A stretch of 64,000 bases of DNA from an uncultured Chloroflexia bacterium (GCA_963726245.1 CAVSBT010000027.1:58266-122265); one strand, 5' to 3'; counted from the first letter of the stretch, positions 41,007-51,672 are shown. Notes: a model not told the origin generated them from the sequence alone. Numbers and translations: made by a program.

Positions 41007-42203
41007 CTAGCCGTACCTCGCCAGCACCCGCTCCACAATCGCCAGCGCCTGGTCAATCTCTTCTTCGCTCACGGTGAGGGGCGGGCAGAGGCGGAGGGCG
41101 TTGGGGCGCACGTTGTTGGCGATGAGCCCCTCGGCCAGGCAGGCCAGGTTCGCCTCCTCCGCTATCTCCCGGTCGAACTCGATAGCCCAGAGGACGCCCT
41201 TGCCCCGCACCTCGGTTATGAAGGGGAAGCGGTCCTCCAAGCCACGCAACTTCTGCTCCAAGTAGCGGCCTCTCGCCGCCGCCTGGGCCGGCAGGTCGTT
41301 GTCGATGATGTACTTGCAGACGGCGTAGGCGGCCGCGGTCATGAGCGGGTTGCCGCCGTAAGTCGTGCCGTGGTCGCCGAGTGTGAGGACGGAGCAGTGC
41401 TCCTTCGCCAGGAAGGCGCCGACAGGCACGCCCGAGCCCATCCCCTTGGCCAGCGTCATCACGTCGGGCTCGACGCCGTAGAGCTGATAGCCGAAGAGCG
41501 TCCCCAGACGCCCGAAGCCGGTCTGCACCTCGTCCAGGATGAGGAGGATGCCCTGCTCGTCGCACCAGCGGCGGACGCGAGGCAGGTAGTCGTCGTCGGG
41601 GACGTTGACGCCGCCCTCGCCCTGCACGGGCTCCAGGAGGACGGCCACCGTCTTGTCCGTCGTCGCCTTCTTGATGGCCTCCACGTCGTTGAAGGGGACG
41701 TGGACGAACCCCTCCGGCAAGGGAGTGAAGGGCGCCTTGTACTTCTCGGTACCCGTCGCCGTGACAGCGGCCAGGGTGCGGCCGTGGAAGGCGTTGAGGG
41801 TGCAGATGATCTCGTAGGCGCCGTTGCGGTGCTCCTTGCCCCACTTGCGTGCCAGCTTGAAGGCGCCCTCGTTGGCCTCGGCGCCGCTGTTGCAGAAGAA
41901 GACGCGGTCCAGGCAGCTATTCTCGACCAGAAGCTGCGCCAGCTTCACCTGGGGGATGGAGTAGAGCTGCCCCGAGACGTGGATCAGCGTCTTCGCCTGC
42001 TCGGTCAGGGCCTCGACCAGCACAGGGTGGCAGTGGCCGAGGCTGACGGTAGCCGGCCCGGTGAAGAAGTCCAGGTACTCCTTGCCGTCCTCATCCCAGA
42101 GGCGGGTGCCCTGGCCGCGCACCACCGTCACGGGCAGGTGTTTGGCCGTGGTCATGAAATACTTGGCTTCCAACTGGCGCCAGTCGGTCGTCGTGTCAGG
42201 CAC
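41007..42203 (-). CDS. argD: Acetylornithine aminotransferase
   Basis: [47 protein letters not shown]; arg cluster context. Confidence 0.93.
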   Translation of the reverse strand: MPDTTTDWRQLEAKYFMTTAKHLPVTVVRGQGTRLWDEDGKEYLDFFTGPATVSLGHCHPVLVEALTEQAKTLIHVSGQLYSIPQVKLAQLLVENSCLDRVFFCNSGAEANEGAFKLARKWGKEHRNGAYEIICTLNAFHGRTLAAVTATGTEKYKAPFTPLPEGFVHVPFNDVEAIKKATTDKTVAVLLEPVQGEGGVNVPDDDYLPRVRRWCDEQGILLILDEVQTGFGRLGTLFGYQLYGVEPDVMTLAKGMGSGVPVGAFLAKEHCSVLTLGDHGTTYGGNPLMTAAAYAVCKYIIDNDLPAQAAARGRYLEQKLRGLEDRFPFITEVRGKGVLWAIEFDREIAEEANLACLAEGLIANNVRPNALRLCPPLTVSEEEIDQALAIVERVLARYG

Positions 42204-42308
42204 GGAAGGTCTCCCTGCGTGTGAGCTCCGGGATCGGGGAGTGGGGAGGACTTGAACCCTATGTCACTATAAACCAGCGTAGGCTTAGTGTCACCACGGG
42301 GAGGTGGG

Positions 42309-43088
42309 CTAGGCGATGACGGTGCCCCCGCCTCGGCCCTCGAGGGCATCGTGGAGGGCGTGGGGCCGGCGCCCGTCCAGGATGACGGCACGCGCGCCGC
42401 CGGCGGCAGCGGCCAGGGCGGCTTCCACCTTGGGGATCATGCCTCCGGTCACCGTGCGCGCCGCCAGCAGCCGCTGCGCCTCTTCGGGCGAGAGGCGCTC
42501 CAGCACGCGGTCCTGGGCGTCGAGCACGCCGGCGACGTCGGTGAGGAAGGCGAGGGTGGCCGCTCCCAGGTGACGGGCCATCTCGCCCGCCACGGTGTCG
42601 GCGTTGACATTGAGGAGCTGTCCGGTGACGGCACCCTCCCGCTCCTCGACGGCTATGGAGGCGACCACCGGCAGGCAGCCTTCCTTGAGCAGCGTCTCCA
42701 GGAGCGACCGGTCGACGGCGGTGATCTCCCCCACGAAGCCCAGCTCGGGCCGGGCACGACGGGCCTTGAGGAGAGCGCCGTCGGCGCCGGAGAGCCCCAC
42801 GGCGCGGGCGCCCAGGGCGTTGAGCTGCGCCACGAGCTGCTTGTTCACCAGCCCCGCCAGCACCGACACCACCACCTCCAGGGCGTCGGCCTCGGTGACG
42901 CGAAGGCCGTCCAGGAAGCGGGCCTCTACGCCGTGGATCTCGAGCCAGCGGCTCACCAGGTCGCCGCCGCCGTGGACCACCACCAGCGGGCGGCCCTCGC
43001 GGTGCAGAGTGGCCACGTCCTCCAGGGTGGTGTCCTGGCTGCCGAGGGTGCTGCCGCCGATCTTGACGACGTTGATCCCGCCTATCAT
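42309..43088 (-). CDS. argB: Acetylglutamate kinase
   Basis: VVKIGG, VVVHGGG, GLRVT, NVNAD, GGMIPKV. Confidence 0.94.
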   Translation of the reverse strand: MIGGINVVKIGGSTLGSQDTTLEDVATLHREGRPLVVVHGGGDLVSRWLEIHGVEARFLDGLRVTEADALEVVVSVLAGLVNKQLVAQLNALGARAVGLSGADGALLKARRARPELGFVGEITAVDRSLLETLLKEGCLPVVASIAVEEREGAVTGQLLNVNADTVAGEMARHLGAATLAFLTDVAGVLDAQDRVLERLSPEEAQRLLAARTVTGGMIPKVEAALAAAAGGARAVILDGRRPHALHDALEGRGGGTVIA

Positions 43089-43096
43089 GGCCCCTC

Positions 43097-44355
43097 TCAG
43101 GTCGTGTACTCGGCGTTGATGCGCACGTAGTCGGGAGTGAGGTCGCAGCCCCAGGCGGTGGCGGCGCCCGTCCCAAGGCCCAGCTCCAGGCGAATGCTCA
43201 CCTCTGGGCCGGCCAGGGCCTCCCGGAGAGCCGCCTCGTCGAAGGGCTGCGGGAGGCCTTCGGCGAAGACGCGCACCCCTTGAAGATACATCCGGCAGGC
43301 TTCCTCCCGCACCTGGGCGCCGCTGTAGCCGGCGGTGGCGAGCACCCGCCCCCAGTTGGGGTCGCAGCCGTGGACCGCCGTCTTCACCAGCAGCGACCCG
43401 GCCACCGCCCGCGCCACGCGGCGGGCGTCGGCCTCGTCGGCGGCGCCCTCGACGCGCACCTCGATGAGCTTGGTGGCCCCTTCGCCGTCGCGGGCCAGCT
43501 CGCGGGCCAGGTGGGTGCAGACGCTGGTGAGGGCGGCCTGGAAGAGGGCCGCCGCGCCGTGGCCGGGGCCGATGGGCTCGTCGCCCGGGGCCGAGGCGGC
43601 GCCGTTCGCCAGGGCGAGCACCATGTCGTTGGGGCTGGTGTCGCCGTCGATGGTCATCATGTTGAAGGATGCGTCGGCGGCGCGCCGCAGGCTATCGCGC
43701 AGGAAGTCCGGCTGCACCGACGCGTCGGTCGTGAGGAAGGCGAGCATGGTGGCCACCTGAGGGTGGATCATGCCCGACCCCTTGGCGCAGCCGCCTACCA
43801 GGTAGCGGCGGTCGCCGTAGGAGAAGGAGGCGGCGATCGACTTCGAAACCGTGTCCGTGGTCATGATGGCGCGGGCGAAGTCGAGGCCGCCTTCGCGGCT
43901 GGGTTGCAGGCGCACCAGGGCGGAGCGGATGCGGTTCATGGGCAGGAACCAGCCGATGACGCCCGTGCTGGCCACCACCACCTCCTCCGGCGACAGCGAG
44001 AGCTTCTCGGCGGCCAGCCGCGCCATCTCCTCGGCGTCGGCCAGGCCGCGTTCGCCGGTGCTGGCGTTGGCGCAGCCGCTGTTGACGATGACGGCGCGGG
44101 CGCGGCCGTCAACCAGGTGACGCTCCGAGACCAGGATGGGGGCCGCTCGCACGCGGTTGGCGGTGAAGAGGGCGGCGGCGGCGCAGGGCTCGAGCGAGTA
44201 GAGGAGGCCCAGGTCCTGCTTGTCGGGCGGCGACTCGCGGATGACAGCGCGGGCCGCCCCGGCGTGGAAGCCAGGGGGCTGGTGACGCCGCCTTCGATCA
44301 GGGAAACGGCGCGACTCAGCTCGTCGGTGTGTGAAGCTTCTTCCATCTGAGACAT
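43097..44355 (-). CDS. argJ: Ornithine acetyltransferase ArgJ (frameshift(s) near 44230-44280)
   Basis: NSGCANA, STGVIG, AIMTTDT, KGSGMIHP.ATML, DGDTSPND, DGEGATK, DPNWGR, WGCDL, INAEYTT. Confidence 0.94.
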
Positions 44356-44400
44356 GGGCCTCCTTGGCGCCTGCCGCCAGGCGGTCGAAACGGGAGCCTC

Positions 44401-44470
44401 GTCATTCTGAGTCCGCCAGAGGCGGACGAAGAATCTGATCGCACAGACCCTTCGCTTCGCTCAGGGTGAC
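44401..44470. repeat. Dispersed palindromic (REP-like) element, copy 2
   Basis: Near-identical to 12392-12464; lies between argC and argJ. Confidence 0.85.
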
Positions 44471-44497
44471 AGAACAGAAGCGTTTCGCAACAAGCCC

Positions 44498-45532
44498 TTA
44501 CGGGTAGACCGCCAGCTCCTCGAGGCCGGTGGTCTCGGGGAGGCCGAGCATCAGGTTCATGTCCTGGATGGCCTGGCCGGCGGCGCCCTTCACCAGGTTG
44601 TCCAGGCAGCTCACCACCACCAGCCGTCCCGTGCGCACGTCGACGGTGGGGTAGAGCAGGCAGAAGTTGTTCCCCCAGGTGTGCTTGGTCTGCGGCGGCG
44701 AGTCGACGATTCGCACGAAGGGCTCGTCGCGGTAGAACTCGCGGTAGACGTCGCCGACCTCGGCGCGGGCGCGGTTCCCCGGCGAGAGGCGGCCCGCCGC
44801 CAGCGGCGCGTAGCAAGTGCTCAGGATGCCCCGCGTCATCGGTATCAGGTGCGGCACGAAGGTGATGCGCGGCGCCGGCGCCTCGCACAGGAGCGACAGC
44901 TCCTGCGTTATCTCCGCGAGGTGGCGGTGGCCCTCCAGCCCATAGGCCGCGACGCTCTCGTTGGCCTCGGCGAAGTGGTAGGTCAGGCCCAGGGTGCGGC
45001 CGGCGCCCGAGATGCCCGACTTGCTGTCGATGATGATGTCCGGCTCGATGAGCCCCGCCTTGAGGGCCGGCGCCAGGGCCGGGATGGCGCTCGAGGGGTA
45101 GCAGCCGGGCACGGCCACCAGGCGAGACCTGGCGATCTCCTGCCGGTGCAGCTCGGGCATGCCGTAGACGGCGTCGAGGAGCAGGTGCGGCGCCGGGTGC
45201 TTGACGCCGTACCAGGCCTCGTAGTCGTCGACCTCGTGCAGGCGGAAGTCGGCGCTGAGGTCGAGGACGGGCAGGCCGGCCTCGATGAGGGGCGTCAGGG
45301 CCGGGGCGCTGGCGCCGTGCGGAAGGGCCGAGAACGCCACGTCCACCGAGTCCAGCTCCTCGCCGACCGTGAGGTCGAGCGACGCCAGGTGGGGGAAGAC
45401 CTCGCCCAGGGGCTTGCCCGCCGCCGAGCGGCCCGTGACCGATGTCAGGCGCACCTCCGGGTGGCGCCAGAGGAGACGCGCCAGCTCGGCGCCGGCGTAG
45501 CCGGTGACGTTGATGATGCCTGCGCGTTTCAT
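44498..45532 (-). CDS. argC: N-acetyl-gamma-glutamyl-phosphate reductase
   Basis: TGYAGAEL, ALPHG, DLSADFR, PGCYP, SGISGAGR, HRHLAEI, DNLVKGAAGQA. Confidence 0.96.
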   Translation of the reverse strand: MKRAGIINVTGYAGAELARLLWRHPEVRLTSVTGRSAAGKPLGEVFPHLASLDLTVGEELDSVDVAFSALPHGASAPALTPLIEAGLPVLDLSADFRLHEVDDYEAWYGVKHPAPHLLLDAVYGMPELHRQEIARSRLVAVPGCYPSSAIPALAPALKAGLIEPDIIIDSKSGISGAGRTLGLTYHFAEANESVAAYGLEGHRHLAEITQELSLLCEAPAPRITFVPHLIPMTRGILSTCYAPLAAGRLSPGNRARAEVGDVYREFYRDEPFVRIVDSPPQTKHTWGNNFCLLYPTVDVRTGRLVVVSCLDNLVKGAAGQAIQDMNLMLGLPETTGLEELAVYP

Positions 45533-45540
45533 AGGAACCG

Positions 45541-45569
45541 AGTATACGGGGGGCGCTCCCGCGAGGCAA
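45541..45569 (-). promoter_or_regulatory. Sigma70-type promoter for argC, probably leaderless
   Basis: TTGCCT-17 nt-TATACT ending 8 nt before the argC ATG; no Shine-Dalgarno. Confidence 0.6.
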
Positions 45570-45708
45570 GGCGAGCCCATGGGGACGGCGGATTCCCTAC
45601 CCCCGAGCTGCTTGGCTTCGATCCCTGACGGGTCTGAAACCCTCAGCTTCGAGGAAGCTGAGGCGGATTTCAAGCCGCAGGGTCGTTCACCTGGTTCGAT
45701 AGCCTCGG

Positions 45709-46413
45709 CTATGTGGGGTGCTTGTGATCCGGCGCGGTGCCGGCGATGGCCGGGTAGAACAGGGGCGCCGAGGGGCAGCCGTGGCGCAGGACGCAGGAGG
45801 GGCAGCGCGGCCGCTGCGCCAGGCAGGTGCGGCGTCCGTGCTCGATCAGGGCCATGTGGGAGGGGTAGACCTCCTCCGGCGTGAGGCGCGACTCCAGCAG
45901 CTCGTGGGCCTTCTCCGCGCTGGCCTTGGGCGGCACGAGGCCGAGCCGTCGGGCGACGCGGTAGACGTGGGTATCGACGGGCAGGGCGGGCCGGCCGAGC
46001 GAGAAGAGGAGCACGCAGGCGGCGGTCTTGGGCCCGACGCCGGGCAGGCTGCGCAGCCAGCCGCGGGCCTCCTCCAGGGGCAGGCCGGCCAGGAAGGAGA
46101 GGTCGAAGGAGCCGCGGCGACGCCGGACCTCGGCGAGGAGGGCCTGGAGGCGCGACGCCTTCGTGGGGGCCAGGCCGCCGGGCCGGATCGCCTCCTCCAG
46201 GCGGCGCACGTCGGCGTCCATGACCGACTGCCAGTCGGGGAAGGCGTCGAGCAGGCGGGCGAAGGCGCGCCCTGAGTTGGTATCGGAGGTGTTCTGGGAG
46301 AGGACGGTGAGCACCAGCTCCGCCGTGGGGTCCAGGCGGCGCCGCGCCCGCGGCGCGCCGTACTCCCGCGACAGGAGGTCGATGATTTGGCGGGGCGTTA
46401 TCTGGGTGGCCAA
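45709..46413 (-). CDS. nth: Endonuclease III-like HhH-GPD DNA glycosylase with 4Fe-4S motif
   Basis: LSQNTSD, LPGVGPKTA, PVDTHVYR, C-x6-C-x2-C-x5-C. Confidence 0.9.
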   Translation of the reverse strand: MATQITPRQIIDLLSREYGAPRARRRLDPTAELVLTVLSQNTSDTNSGRAFARLLDAFPDWQSVMDADVRRLEEAIRPGGLAPTKASRLQALLAEVRRRRGSFDLSFLAGLPLEEARGWLRSLPGVGPKTAACVLLFSLGRPALPVDTHVYRVARRLGLVPPKASAEKAHELLESRLTPEEVYPSHMALIEHGRRTCLAQRPRCPSCVLRHGCPSAPLFYPAIAGTAPDHKHPT

Positions 46414-46430
46414 TGCGGCTGCTCTCGGCG

Positions 46431-47477
46431 CTATTCTTGTTCCTGGGCTGGCTCCGGTGAGGGCTTCACATCGTCGCCCAGCTTCTTGGCCGCTGCCCAT
46501 CCTATTAGCCACGTCAGCGTCCAGACTGCCGCGTTGTGCACGGTGCTTGCGTGAGCAAGGGTGGCATGGGCGCCACGATGAGCCACCTCGTTGCGGATTT
46601 CCAGCGCCTTCTTCACCAGTTTCCATTTGTCCCACTGAGTCAGCTTAGGCCCTCCCACCACCGGCAGCAGGTTGTCGCAGATAGGCTCGAACCTCAACGT
46701 GCGGAGCAGCCACTCGATTTCCTCAGATGGGAGATTCCGCTCTGTAGCTAGCTCACGCACCAAGTCGGCAACGCCAAGCTCCATCGCGTTGAAGTCATCG
46801 ATGATGGCTGCTCGGTAGTTGCCTCTCTGGATATGGCTCCATGCGCTGATCGACAACAGCCTGGGTAGAGGATGAACATCCTCCCACTCGATGAGCCCCT
46901 CAAAGATCTGCTGGCGGTGGGCATCAAACGGCTCAGGAGGGGGCGTCCGTGCGCGGACGCCCTCCATCTGGCCGGGGAGGGGCTGGGCTCCGTGTTCATC
47001 GAGGAATGAAACGAGCACGAAGCCTATGTCCCAGTAGGCTACGCGTCCGGCTTCTCCACGGGTTCTGTCATCGAGGGCTGCGAGCATGTACGCGTCCAAG
47101 AGCCGGTTGACAATTTGCCGAGTCTCTTCGAACCACTGTACCCGGTGCTGCACGTACAGTTCAGCCAGCGCTTCTGGGGTGTCTGCCTCCACCCGTCGCA
47201 CGTGGGTTACCACGGTCTTGAGTGCGTGTCGCGTGATGGGCATGTCGGGATCCGATTGTTGAAGCTGCGTGCGCACCGTCTCGCCCTCAGCCTGCTGGCA
47301 CCACACGACGCCCTTTAGCCTTTTGCCGAGGTAGAAGTCACCAACCTCAACGCGGTCTACGCTGTTGTTGATGCTCAAAGTATGCCGCTCGCCTTGCCAG
47401 GCCACGTTGTACTCCCGTTCTGGCAGGGCCAGCCAAAACGGTAGCTCGAAGCCGATCTGCACTCGAAAAGTGGGCAT
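46431..47477 (-). CDS. Hypothetical protein with C-terminal HEPN-like RxxxxH motif
   Basis: YRAAII...AME helix and RNEVAH motif; less GC-biased codons than neighbours. Confidence 0.65.
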   Translation of the reverse strand: MPTFRVQIGFELPFWLALPEREYNVAWQGERHTLSINNSVDRVEVGDFYLGKRLKGVVWCQQAEGETVRTQLQQSDPDMPITRHALKTVVTHVRRVEADTPEALAELYVQHRVQWFEETRQIVNRLLDAYMLAALDDRTRGEAGRVAYWDIGFVLVSFLDEHGAQPLPGQMEGVRARTPPPEPFDAHRQQIFEGLIEWEDVHPLPRLLSISAWSHIQRGNYRAAIIDDFNAMELGVADLVRELATERNLPSEEIEWLLRTLRFEPICDNLLPVVGGPKLTQWDKWKLVKKALEIRNEVAHRGAHATLAHASTVHNAAVWTLTWLIGWAAAKKLGDDVKPSPEPAQEQE

Positions 47478-47656
47478 GATACCACCCCCCAACCCTAGAC
47501 TCTCCACCCGCATCCGCGTCAGGGGCAATATATGCCAATAACGACTAGGGCCGCCATCCTTGGTGGCCCGTTTCGCGTCTTCGGCCCATCAACACCAGTG
47601 CGCCGTATGCTCTATACTGGCATCGTCGGAACCTAGCGCGAAGGGGGGTGATGGGC

Positions 47657-48706
47657 ATGACGCGGGAACAGGTCCGCCTGACAAAGCTCGCTTCCTGCGC
47701 CGGCTGAGCCGGCAAGGCGGGTCTTAGCACCCTGGCGCAAGTTGTGCGCCCCCTGGCCGAGTCCTTCCGTCCCGCGGACCACCCTAACCTCCTGGTGGGC
47801 CTCGCCGGGCCCGACGACGCCGCCGTCTGGCGCATCAGCGACGACGTGGCCGTAGTCCAGACGCTGGACTTCTTCCCGCCCGTGGTCGACGACCCCTACG
47901 TCTTCGGGGCCGTCGCCGCCGCTAACGCCATGAGCGACGTCTACGCCATGGGCGGCGAGGTCGTGCTCGCCCTCAACATCGTCGCCTTCCCGGAGGACCT
48001 GCCGCCGTCGATGCTGGCGGAGATCCTGCGCGGCGGCGCCGAGAAGGTGGCGGAGGGCGGCGGCGTGGTGGCCGGCGGCCACACGCTGTACGACAAGGAG
48101 CCGAAGTACGGGCTCAGCGTCATGGGCATCGTGCACCCGCAGGGCATCTTCACCAGGGGCGGCGCCCGCCCCGGCGACGCCCTCCTGCTGACGAAGGCCC
48201 TGGGCACCGGCATCATCCTGACGGCGGCGCGGGAGGAGAAGGCGGAGGCCGAGCACCTGGAGGCGGCGGTGCAGAGCATGCTGCTCCTCAACCGCCACCC
48301 GTCGCACCTGGCGCGGGAGGCCGGAGCCCACGCCGTCACCGACGTGACCGGCTTCGGGCTGCTGGGCCACGCCCTCGAGCTGTCGAAGCTGGGCGGAGTG
48401 GGCCTGGTCCTGCGCGCGGGCGCCGTCCCCATCCTGCCCGGCGCCCTCGAATACGCGCGGCAGGGCTTTCTCACCGGAGGCGCCGGCCGCAACCGGGAGG
48501 CGCTGTCCGAAGCGGTGCGGGTCGATGCGGCCGTGCCCGCCGAAGTGGTGGACCTGCTCTACGACCCTCAGACTTCGGGCGGGCTGCTGATGGCCGTCCC
48601 GGCGGACCGCGCCTCATGGCTGGAGCGCCGGTTGAAGAAGGACGGCTTCTCCTGCTGGCGCATCGGCGGCGTCGAGGAGGGCGAGGGCATCACGGTCCAG
48701 CCCTGA
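47657..48706 (+). CDS. selD: Selenide, water dikinase (selenoprotein, UGA at 47705)
   Basis: MTREQVRLTKLASCAG-UGA-AGK in frame with DDAAV, TLDFF, ANAMSDVYAMGG, TDVTGFGLLGH, DPQTSGGLL. Confidence 0.95.
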
Positions 48707-48908
48707 GGGGTGTCGCAGGAAGACCAGCCGTACCGAGGGCTTTCCAGCCTCGGCGTTCTCGCTGACGGCCAGGCTGGAATAGCCTGGCCTACGGACTTGC
48801 GCAACAGCCTCATGAGCGAGCCCCCGGCCACAGCTTCCCTTTCCCATGTCTCGGTCTGTATACTCCCACTACATGAAGGGCCGATCATCTATTGGGGGAG
48901 GCCGTGCT

Positions 48909-49631
48909 GTGAGAAAGGCGTGGTTCGGGGTTCTGGCGATGCTGGTGGCTGCCCTGTCGCTGGCGGTCGCCTGCGGTGGTGGCGGCGGCGGTAAGGAGGC
49001 CTCGCCCACGCCGGCAACGCTGCCGCCGGTCGATCAGGTGCTTCCCAAGGCCGTCGAGCGCGTCGGCACGGTGAAGTCGTTCCACTTCCGCCTTGACCAC
49101 GAGAACGGCTTCTCGCCCCTGCCGCTGAACCTGAAGCTGAGGACCGCCGAGGGCGACATCCAGGTGCCCGACCGAATGAAGGCGGACCTGGAGGCTGAGG
49201 TCGGGGGCGCAACCCTGAGGGTTCAGATCGTCGGCATCGGCGAGGAGGCGTGGATGACCAACCCCTTCTCCCGCGAGTGGCAGCCGCTGCCGGCGGGCAC
49301 CACCATCAGCGCCATCTTCGACCCGGCGGCGGGCATCCAGGCCGTCGCCCGCTCGCTGCAGGACGTGCGCGTGACCGGCATGGAGAAGGTGGACGGCGAG
49401 AACACCTACGTTCTGGAGGGGACAGTCGACTCCGGCATTCTGAAGGCGGCGGTGCCCATCGCCGAGCCGGGCCTCACGGTCGGCGTCAAGCTCTGGATAA
49501 GCACCAACGACTACACGATGCGTCAGATCCGGCTGGAGGGGCCCTTCGCCCCCGGCGAGCCGGAGAACATCGTCCGCATCCTCGTCCTCTCCAAGTTCGA
49601 TGAGCCCGTCTCCATCGAGCCCCCAATCTAG
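48909..49631 (+). CDS. LppX/LprAFG family lipoprotein
   Basis: LAVAC lipobox; VKSFHF, AEGDIQVPDR, IFDPAAG, EKVDG, LSKFDEPVSIEPP. Confidence 0.8.
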   Translation: MRKAWFGVLAMLVAALSLAVACGGGGGGKEASPTPATLPPVDQVLPKAVERVGTVKSFHFRLDHENGFSPLPLNLKLRTAEGDIQVPDRMKADLEAEVGGATLRVQIVGIGEEAWMTNPFSREWQPLPAGTTISAIFDPAAGIQAVARSLQDVRVTGMEKVDGENTYVLEGTVDSGILKAAVPIAEPGLTVGVKLWISTNDYTMRQIRLEGPFAPGEPENIVRILVLSKFDEPVSIEPPI

Positions 49632-49640
49632 TCACGCAGC

Positions 49641-51137
49641 ATGGACACCACCGCCGAGTTAGCAGCGCCGGCAAGGGAGAGGGCCCTCTCGCCCAACTGG
49701 CTGCTCGCGGCCGTCGGCTTTGCCGTCTTCCTGGGCGCCATGGACCAGATGGCGGTGGTCACCCTGCTCGAGCCCATAATGAACGGGGTGCACGTGCCGG
49801 TGGACCAGTTCTACCGCATCGCCTGGGTGATCAACGGCTACATCCTGGGGTACGTCGTGGCGATGCCCCTGATGGGTCGCGTCGCCGACGTCTACGGGCA
49901 CTCGCGCATCTTCCTGCTGGCCATCTTCGTCTTCCTGTTCGGCTCGCTGTGGGTTTCCGCCTGCCAGTCTCTGAACATGCTCATCGTCGCGCGAGCCGTT
50001 CAGGCCGTTGGTGGGGGCGCCCTCGTTCCCGTGTCCATGGCCATCGTGGCCGACCACCTGCCGGCGGCGCGAAGGGCCGTGGGCCTCGGCTTCCTCGGTG
50101 CCGCTGCTGAAGGAGGCGGCCTCTTCGGGCCCCTCTGGGGCGGAAGCTGGGTGCAAATAATCGGCTGGCGGGGCCACTTCTGGATCAACGTGCCACTCTG
50201 TATACCTGTCATCATCATCGTTCTCATGTTCATGAGGAGGTCCGGCGAGAAGAAGGCGGAAAGGGCGCCGGTGGACTACCTCGGCGGCCTCCTCCTGGGC
50301 GGCGCGCTCACCTGCCTGGCCGTGGCCCTCACCGACGACCCCGTCAACGGGCGGCCTCTGGCAATCAACCTGGCGCTGTACTTTGGGGCGGTGCTTTTCG
50401 GCGGCAGCTTCTTCCTGCGTGAGCGTCTGGCGAAAGTGCCGATGATCATGCTCTCGCTCTTCCGCTCGCGGCCCTTCTCGGCGGGCAACCTGACCCACCT
50501 CCTTGTAGGGGGAACGCTCATTGTCGCCATGGTGGATATCCCCGTGTTCACTATCGTCGTCAAGAACGGGTCTTACTTCGATGGCGGCCTGAACCTGATG
50601 CGGCTAACCGTCATGCTGCCGCTGGGGGCCATTTTCGGAGGCTTCCTGGCTGGCTGGCTGGGCTTTCACAGGACCATCGCCCTGGGGATGATCATCAGCG
50701 CTGTCGGCTTCGGTCTCATGACGTTCTGGACGCAGGACGTGCACGACCCGCAGTTCACGCTGAACCTTCTCTTGACCGGCCTCGGCTTCGGGCTGGTGAT
50801 CGCGCCGATCAGCGCCTCGGTGATCAACGCCGTCGCCGACCATCAGCGGGCCACGGCGTCGGCCCTGCTGGTCGTAATGCGACTCGTGGGCATGCTCGTA
50901 GGGGTCGCGCTGCTGACCTCGCGCGGCCTGGGGGCTTTCTACCAGCGGGCGGGCAGCGTCCCCATCGGCTCGCCCGAGTACGGGCAGCTGGTCAAAGACC
51001 TCGAGGTGAGCACCTTCACCGATACCTTCCGTGCCGCCGCGGTCGTCTGCGTGCTGGCCGTCATACCCGCCATGCTGGTCGGCCGGGGCGTGGTCCGCCG
51101 CTTCCGCTGGACGGAGATCTGGCGGGCGCCCCACTGA
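49641..51137 (+). CDS. MFS transporter (DHA2-like, P55/Rv1410c-like)
   Basis: WVINGYILGYVVAMPLMGRVAD, RAVQAVGGGALVPV, FGPLWG, WRGHFWINVP. Confidence 0.88.
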   Translation: MDTTAELAAPARERALSPNWLLAAVGFAVFLGAMDQMAVVTLLEPIMNGVHVPVDQFYRIAWVINGYILGYVVAMPLMGRVADVYGHSRIFLLAIFVFLFGSLWVSACQSLNMLIVARAVQAVGGGALVPVSMAIVADHLPAARRAVGLGFLGAAAEGGGLFGPLWGGSWVQIIGWRGHFWINVPLCIPVIIIVLMFMRRSGEKKAERAPVDYLGGLLLGGALTCLAVALTDDPVNGRPLAINLALYFGAVLFGGSFFLRERLAKVPMIMLSLFRSRPFSAGNLTHLLVGGTLIVAMVDIPVFTIVVKNGSYFDGGLNLMRLTVMLPLGAIFGGFLAGWLGFHRTIALGMIISAVGFGLMTFWTQDVHDPQFTLNLLLTGLGFGLVIAPISASVINAVADHQRATASALLVVMRLVGMLVGVALLTSRGLGAFYQRAGSVPIGSPEYGQLVKDLEVSTFTDTFRAAAVVCVLAVIPAMLVGRGVVRRFRWTEIWRAPH

Positions 51138-51177
51138 CCGCGCCTCGCCGTCGAGAGCGCGCCTCCCACATCGAACC

Positions 51178-51585
51178 GTGAGCCTTGTCTGGATAGCAGC
51201 GGCGACCGCCCTGGGGGCGGTCTTGCTCTTGGTCGGCGCTTTGTCGGTCCTCCTGTGGCGCCGGCGAGCGGCGCTGCGCGAGTCGGAGATGGGCCGGCTG
51301 GCGCGGCGGGTCGCTGCCCTATCGCTGCACCGGAAGGGGCGCCTTGCCTGGAGGCTGCTCGGCGACCGCCGGGTGCCGCTGCGGGCCCGGGCCATCCTGC
51401 CCGCCGTCGTGCTCTACCTGGCGATGCCCCTGGACCTCGTGCCCGACTTCATCCCGGTTGTGGGCTACCTGGACGACCTGCTCGTCGTTTTGGCAGCGGC
51501 GTGGCTCTTCCTCCGCCTCGCGCCGGCGGGCGTCCTCGAGGAGCACGTGGCGGCGCTGGAGGGGGAAAGGGGGCGTGCAGAATAG
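51178..51585 (+). CDS. YkvA/DUF1232 family membrane protein
   Basis: DRRVP..A....YLAMPLDLVPDFIPVVGYLDD. Confidence 0.88.
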   Translation: MSLVWIAAATALGAVLLLVGALSVLLWRRRAALRESEMGRLARRVAALSLHRKGRLAWRLLGDRRVPLRARAILPAVVLYLAMPLDLVPDFIPVVGYLDDLLVVLAAAWLFLRLAPAGVLEEHVAALEGERGRAE

Positions 51586-51672
51586 GACGTAGGGGCGACC
51601 CCCGTGGTCGCCCCTCGAGGGCAGGGACGGGGCCCTGCCCCTACGGCCTCGCGTCCGCCTGAACCTCGGCCC

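Noticed and set aside
45575-45705. Hairpin CCTCAGCTTCGAGGAAGCTGAGG as an arginine-sensing leader
   Set aside because: It lies upstream of the apparent argC promoter; more likely the nth terminator or a repeat.
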